From IMG/VR virus record IMGVR_UViG_3300029286_001003: 20,000 nt of DNA. One strand, written 5' to 3'. The number at the start of each line of letters is the position of its first letter. The first letter of the stretch is position 1. Under the pieces are notes generated by a model, which searched no databases, was not told the origin of the DNA, and worked only from the letters and a program-made list of their open reading frames with translations. Source of the DNA: an uncultured virus (IMG/VR IMGVR_UViG_3300029286_001003) (taxonomy: Duplodnaviria > Heunggongvirae > Uroviricota > Caudoviricetes). The position numbers and the translations under genes were made by a program. This document shows positions 16,702 to 20,000 of this stretch, one piece after another.

Positions 16702-18936
16702 ATGTCTGGTGTAAAATATGATGAAATTTTAGGACAATTAAGAGAAGATGATTCTTCAACAACAAGTGGTGTATCTGGAACGTCAGGTACTTCTGGGAAA
16801 GATGGTAATTTTTTAGGAAGTTCAGGAACTAGTGGAACTGGAACATCAGGAACCAGTGGTGAAACTGGAACATCTGGTAGTTCTGGAATTGATGGAAGTG
16901 GAACATCAGGAACCAGTGGTGAAACTGGAACATCAGGAACCAGTGGTGAAACTGGAACATCAGGAACCAGTGGTGAAACTGGAACATCAGGAACCAGTGG
17001 TGAAACTGGAATATCAGGAACCAGTGGTGAAACTGGAACATCAGGAACCAGTGGTGAAACTGGAACATCTGGTAGTTCTGGAATTGATGGAAGTGGAACA
17101 TCAGGAACCAGTGGTATAAATGGGAGTTCTGGTGTTTTGTCTATAATTGGTAATAATACTGAAATTTTATACAGAGATGATACCGCATTATATGGATATA
17201 ATACAAGTTCTGGATTAACTTATTCTGGAAACACTCTAAGATTATATGGTTTTAGTAATAATAGTGGTTCTACAGTCAATTGTAATAGTATTGTAATAGA
17301 TGGTGTGTCTGATGGTGATAAAAATTTTGTTATATCAGATAATGGTTTGCCTAAATGGTCTTTACAATCATATAGAAATGAGGAATGTAGATACCTTTAT
17401 TTCTATAATTTCGATGAAGATAAGGAAATAATTGTAGCTGAAGAAACTGGTAGAGTGGGTATAAACAAGCAAAGTAATATAATGAACAGTCATTGTACAT
17501 ATGTCGGTACCGCTAATGTGGGTCTGAATGATTTGGTTGTTGGTGGTGTTTATGATGGTGATACTCAAATTTTATATGAAGTACAAATTTCTGGAACTGC
17601 AAATAATTGGTTATGGAGAAAATCTTTAAATTATGGAACAACTTGGGGTAGTACATCTGCACTATCTGGTGTATCCACCAATTATTTACCAATAGAATCT
17701 GGTATCACTGTTAAATGGTTAAATTTAACCGGACACACCACATCGAATAAATGGCAATTTTATGCGTATCCACAAGCTCCACAAGGTTCATTTACTATTG
17801 CTCCCGTCATGTATGATCAATTATTGAAAACTGTTGATTATACTGCTGGAACTGTAATATTTGAAGATTTAACAGCAGAGTTAAGTACATCTACAGATAA
17901 AACAACAACTATTTTCACGACAGGAACAACCAGCGCTTTATACATTGGGACATTAACAAAATTCAGAACTTTTTATGTTAACATTACTACTATTAATGCT
18001 CAAGGATTAACAACTGTTTGTGAATATTGGAATGGTACAAATTGGACTAATATAGTTGTGAGTGATGGTACTACTAATTTCACATCATCTGGACCTATTA
18101 CTTTTACCAAGCCAACAGATTGGTCTATTGATCCACAACCACCTGAAACTATTACTGAAGATAATTATTATTGGTTAAGATTTAGAAGTTCGACCAGTAT
18201 TACAAGAGCACCTATAGTAAGTTCGGTTGCTAGAAATGGAGATAAAAGATTATCAGTTTATTCTGGTCATTTAGATCCAATTCCTTCATTTTCAATTAAA
18301 AGTAATGGAAATACAATTATAGGAAAAAGTAATGGAGTATCATCTAAACTTTTAACTATAACAGATGTTATGAATCCAACATCATTAGCTGGTGGTAATG
18401 GTGTATCTATTAATTTCTCTAGTGGCGGTGGTATTTATATGAAGAGTGAATCTGGATCAATTGAAGGAAAATACGAGGCTTTTGGTGGTCAAATACATGT
18501 TGGTTCCATGTCAGGACATCCATTAGGTTTGTACAGTACAAACCTATTAAGAATGTATTTCACAAATGCTGGATCTGGACAGAAATTTAGTGCCGCGTTG
18601 GGTACTAATGTAACAACATTTGATTCAGTAAATCCAGAATTATTTAAAGTTGGAGATTCTGGTTTAACATCAGTTTCATCGAATTTAATAGGTGGTTATG
18701 GAAATCTTAATAATTATCTACAAATCAATCTTAAAAATTCAAATAATGGAACTACAACTTCATCTGATATAGTTGCAACTGCTGATAATGGTAGTGAAAC
18801 AACCAATTATATTAACATGGGTATAAATGGTTCAAATTATTCAAATACCGGATTTACTTTACATGGTCCAAATTCAGCTTATTTATATAATATGGGACAA
18901 GATTTAAATATTGGTACTTGCTACAACTGGAGATAA
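16702..18936 (+). CDS. Tail fibre / virion structural protein, N-terminal part (G-T-S collagen-like repeats, beta-rich modules)
   Basis: Start moved to ATG 16702 because the upstream extension overlaps the vWA gene. G/S/T-rich composition, GRVGIN, EYWNGTNW, YYWLRF and SSDIVATADNG..TNYI.MGIN modules; ends abruptly at a frame junction. Confidence 0.8.
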   Translation: MSGVKYDEILGQLREDDSSTTSGVSGTSGTSGKDGNFLGSSGTSGTGTSGTSGETGTSGSSGIDGSGTSGTSGETGTSGTSGETGTSGTSGETGTSGTSGETGISGTSGETGTSGTSGETGTSGSSGIDGSGTSGTSGINGSSGVLSIIGNNTEILYRDDTALYGYNTSSGLTYSGNTLRLYGFSNNSGSTVNCNSIVIDGVSDGDKNFVISDNGLPKWSLQSYRNEECRYLYFYNFDEDKEIIVAEETGRVGINKQSNIMNSHCTYVGTANVGLNDLVVGGVYDGDTQILYEVQISGTANNWLWRKSLNYGTTWGSTSALSGVSTNYLPIESGITVKWLNLTGHTTSNKWQFYAYPQAPQGSFTIAPVMYDQLLKTVDYTAGTVIFEDLTAELSTSTDKTTTIFTTGTTSALYIGTLTKFRTFYVNITTINAQGLTTVCEYWNGTNWTNIVVSDGTTNFTSSGPITFTKPTDWSIDPQPPETITEDNYYWLRFRSSTSITRAPIVSSVARNGDKRLSVYSGHLDPIPSFSIKSNGNTIIGKSNGVSSKLLTITDVMNPTSLAGGNGVSINFSSGGGIYMKSESGSIEGKYEAFGGQIHVGSMSGHPLGLYSTNLLRMYFTNAGSGQKFSAALGTNVTTFDSVNPELFKVGDSGLTSVSSNLIGGYGNLNNYLQINLKNSNNGTTTSSDIVATADNGSETTNYINMGINGSNYSNTGFTLHGPNSAYLYNMGQDLNIGTCYNWR
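16840..17115 (+). repeat. 27-bp tandem repeat (GTSGTSGET) with a 60-bp higher-order duplication
   Basis: ggaacatcaggaaccagtggtgaaact at 16840, 16900, 16927, 16954, 16981, 17008 (one mismatch) and 17035; 16840-16899 recurs at 17035-17094. Confidence 0.95.
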
Positions 18937-19648
18937 ATTAAGTTCTGTATCTGGATTTACTGCGGTGACTAATGGAATTCGTGCTCAATTTAGAGAAATT
19001 GCTAAAAATCGTGGAACTGGATGGAGACAGATGGATTATGATTTATTACATGCTATTCAAGTTTTATATTTAGTTGAATATGGTTCATTTTATTCTCAAT
19101 CTGTAATAGGTGCAGGTATATCTAATGTGACTGATTGGGCTACTTACAATAATTATTATCCTTTTGCTCCAACAGGTAATGCGAATTCAATTGGAAATGG
19201 AACTGGAAATAATGCTGGTGGAACTACTTGTGCTGGTGAAGTCACTAAATATATGAAATATAGGGGAATAGAGCAATTTTATGGTCATACTTGGAAATGG
19301 ATTGATGGTTTTAATTCTTATAATAATGTTCCTTGGGTGACAAATAACTCTAATTATTGGGCTGATGATACATCTACCAATTATGTATCTGGATCAACTT
19401 GTTGTGCTACTAATGGTTATCAATCTACATTAATTCCATCTAGTAGGTTTATATTACCATTAACGGTTGGATCTGATTCATCACATAAAATAACTGACTA
19501 TTACTGGCAAGCAGCGGCAAATATTTGGCGTGTTTTCCTATTTGGGGGTAATGCGTATAATGGTGCGACTGATGGTGCTTTTTGCGCTTATTTGTTTGAT
19601 GCTTCTTCTGCTTCTAGTCGGAATATTGGTTCGCGCCTTTGTTTTTGA
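18911..19648 (+). CDS. Receptor-binding C-terminal module, CLec/Mtd-like fold; probable DGR target
   Basis: YRGIEQFYGHTWKWIDG (cf. G..N..GN.WEW) and terminal RVFLFGGNA.NG..DG.F......S.S.RNIGSRL. Weak TTG start; probably the 3' end of a tail fibre gene. Confidence 0.75.
   Translation: MVLATTGDKLSSVSGFTAVTNGIRAQFREIAKNRGTGWRQMDYDLLHAIQVLYLVEYGSFYSQSVIGAGISNVTDWATYNNYYPFAPTGNANSIGNGTGNNAGGTTCAGEVTKYMKYRGIEQFYGHTWKWIDGFNSYNNVPWVTNNSNYWADDTSTNYVSGSTCCATNGYQSTLIPSSRFILPLTVGSDSSHKITDYYWQAAANIWRVFLFGGNAYNGATDGAFCAYLFDASSASSRNIGSRLCF
19526..19648 (+). other. Candidate DGR variable region (VR)
   Basis: About 15 A in 123 nt, only one sense codon ending in A, many CpG, and NNT/NNC codons where a TR would have AAY. 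Confidence 0.7.
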
Positions 19649-19667
19649 ACCCGGAAATTAAAAAATT

Positions 19668-19676
19668 TAATATATA
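19668..19676 (+). promoter_or_regulatory. Putative late promoter TAATATATA
   Basis: Intergenic, upstream of ATG 19698. Confidence 0.5.
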
Positions 19677-19697
19677 CAAATAAATAAAAATTATAAA

Positions 19698-19979
19698 ATG
19701 AGAACTCAAGGAGATAATAAACCAGAATTATATTACTACCTTCAAGGTGGAATAATAATAAATGTAAATGAAGAACAAAGAACAGGTTCTACAATGGATG
19801 GTGAAAAAATATATTGGGAATATGATTCCATAAAAGTTTCTGAAAATCCAACCAAAGCAGAAATAGTAAATTCTATTACTGGAGAACCTAAATATATTAC
19901 AGAATATCAAAATTATCAAATGTATAGAACTTTTGCTAAAACAATAGCTGATAATATTTTATCTGAAATAACGATTTGA
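19698..19979 (+). CDS. Small protein downstream of tail fibre (possible fibre assembly/chaperone)
   Basis: 93-aa ORF; function inferred from position only. Confidence 0.6.
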   Translation: MRTQGDNKPELYYYLQGGIIINVNEEQRTGSTMDGEKIYWEYDSIKVSENPTKAEIVNSITGEPKYITEYQNYQMYRTFAKTIADNILSEITI

Positions 19980-20000
19980 TTTTGGTAGCAATGTAAAAAT

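Noticed and set aside
14535..17115. Repeat clusters considered as CRISPR arrays
   Set aside because: Units are contiguous, in frame within genes and lack unique spacers; no cas genes seen.
16829..17119. Repetitive ORFs MFQFHHWFL and LEHQEPVVK
   Set aside because: Alternative frames of the 27-bp G-T-S repeat.
19175..19186. ggtaatgcgaat as a possible DGR template repeat
   Set aside because: Only ~12 nt resemble the VR, it lies inside the same coding region, and the flanks do not align.
19980..20000. Window end as the start of the TR
   Set aside because: Too short and only weakly similar to the VR upstream flank; cannot be supported.
1..20000. Stop-codon reassignment, inteins, introns, tRNAs
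   Set aside because: Long genes are intact in the standard code and end in TAA, TAG and TGA. The observed breaks are frame changes, not in-frame stops. No intein motifs or cloverleaf sequences were recognised.

Overview
Very AT-rich, gene-dense window that reads as part of a large (jumbo-type) dsDNA phage genome, probably infecting Bacteroidota (TAnnTTTG promoters). (1) 1-6582, minus strand: eight genes share a short N-terminal leader resembling the T4 capsid-targeting sequence. Five of them carry ADP-ribosyltransferase-like motifs, one of these broken by an apparent internal deletion. They are followed directly by a DarG/TARG1-type macrodomain and an ADP-ribose pyrophosphatase-like NUDIX gene, suggesting a writer/eraser/clean-up ADP-ribosylation island. 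(2) A fused Mre11/SbcD-Rad50/SbcC gene, a stand-alone PAS protein and small ORFs. (3) A MoxR-type AAA+ ATPase and a metallopeptidase-vWA gene flanking an HD-domain hydrolase and an oppositely oriented HNH-type endonuclease. (4) A G-T-S-repeat tail fibre gene joined out of frame to a C-terminal module whose A-depleted 3' end looks like a DGR variable region; no TR or RT is seen in the window. All calls come from motif reading only; no searches were run.
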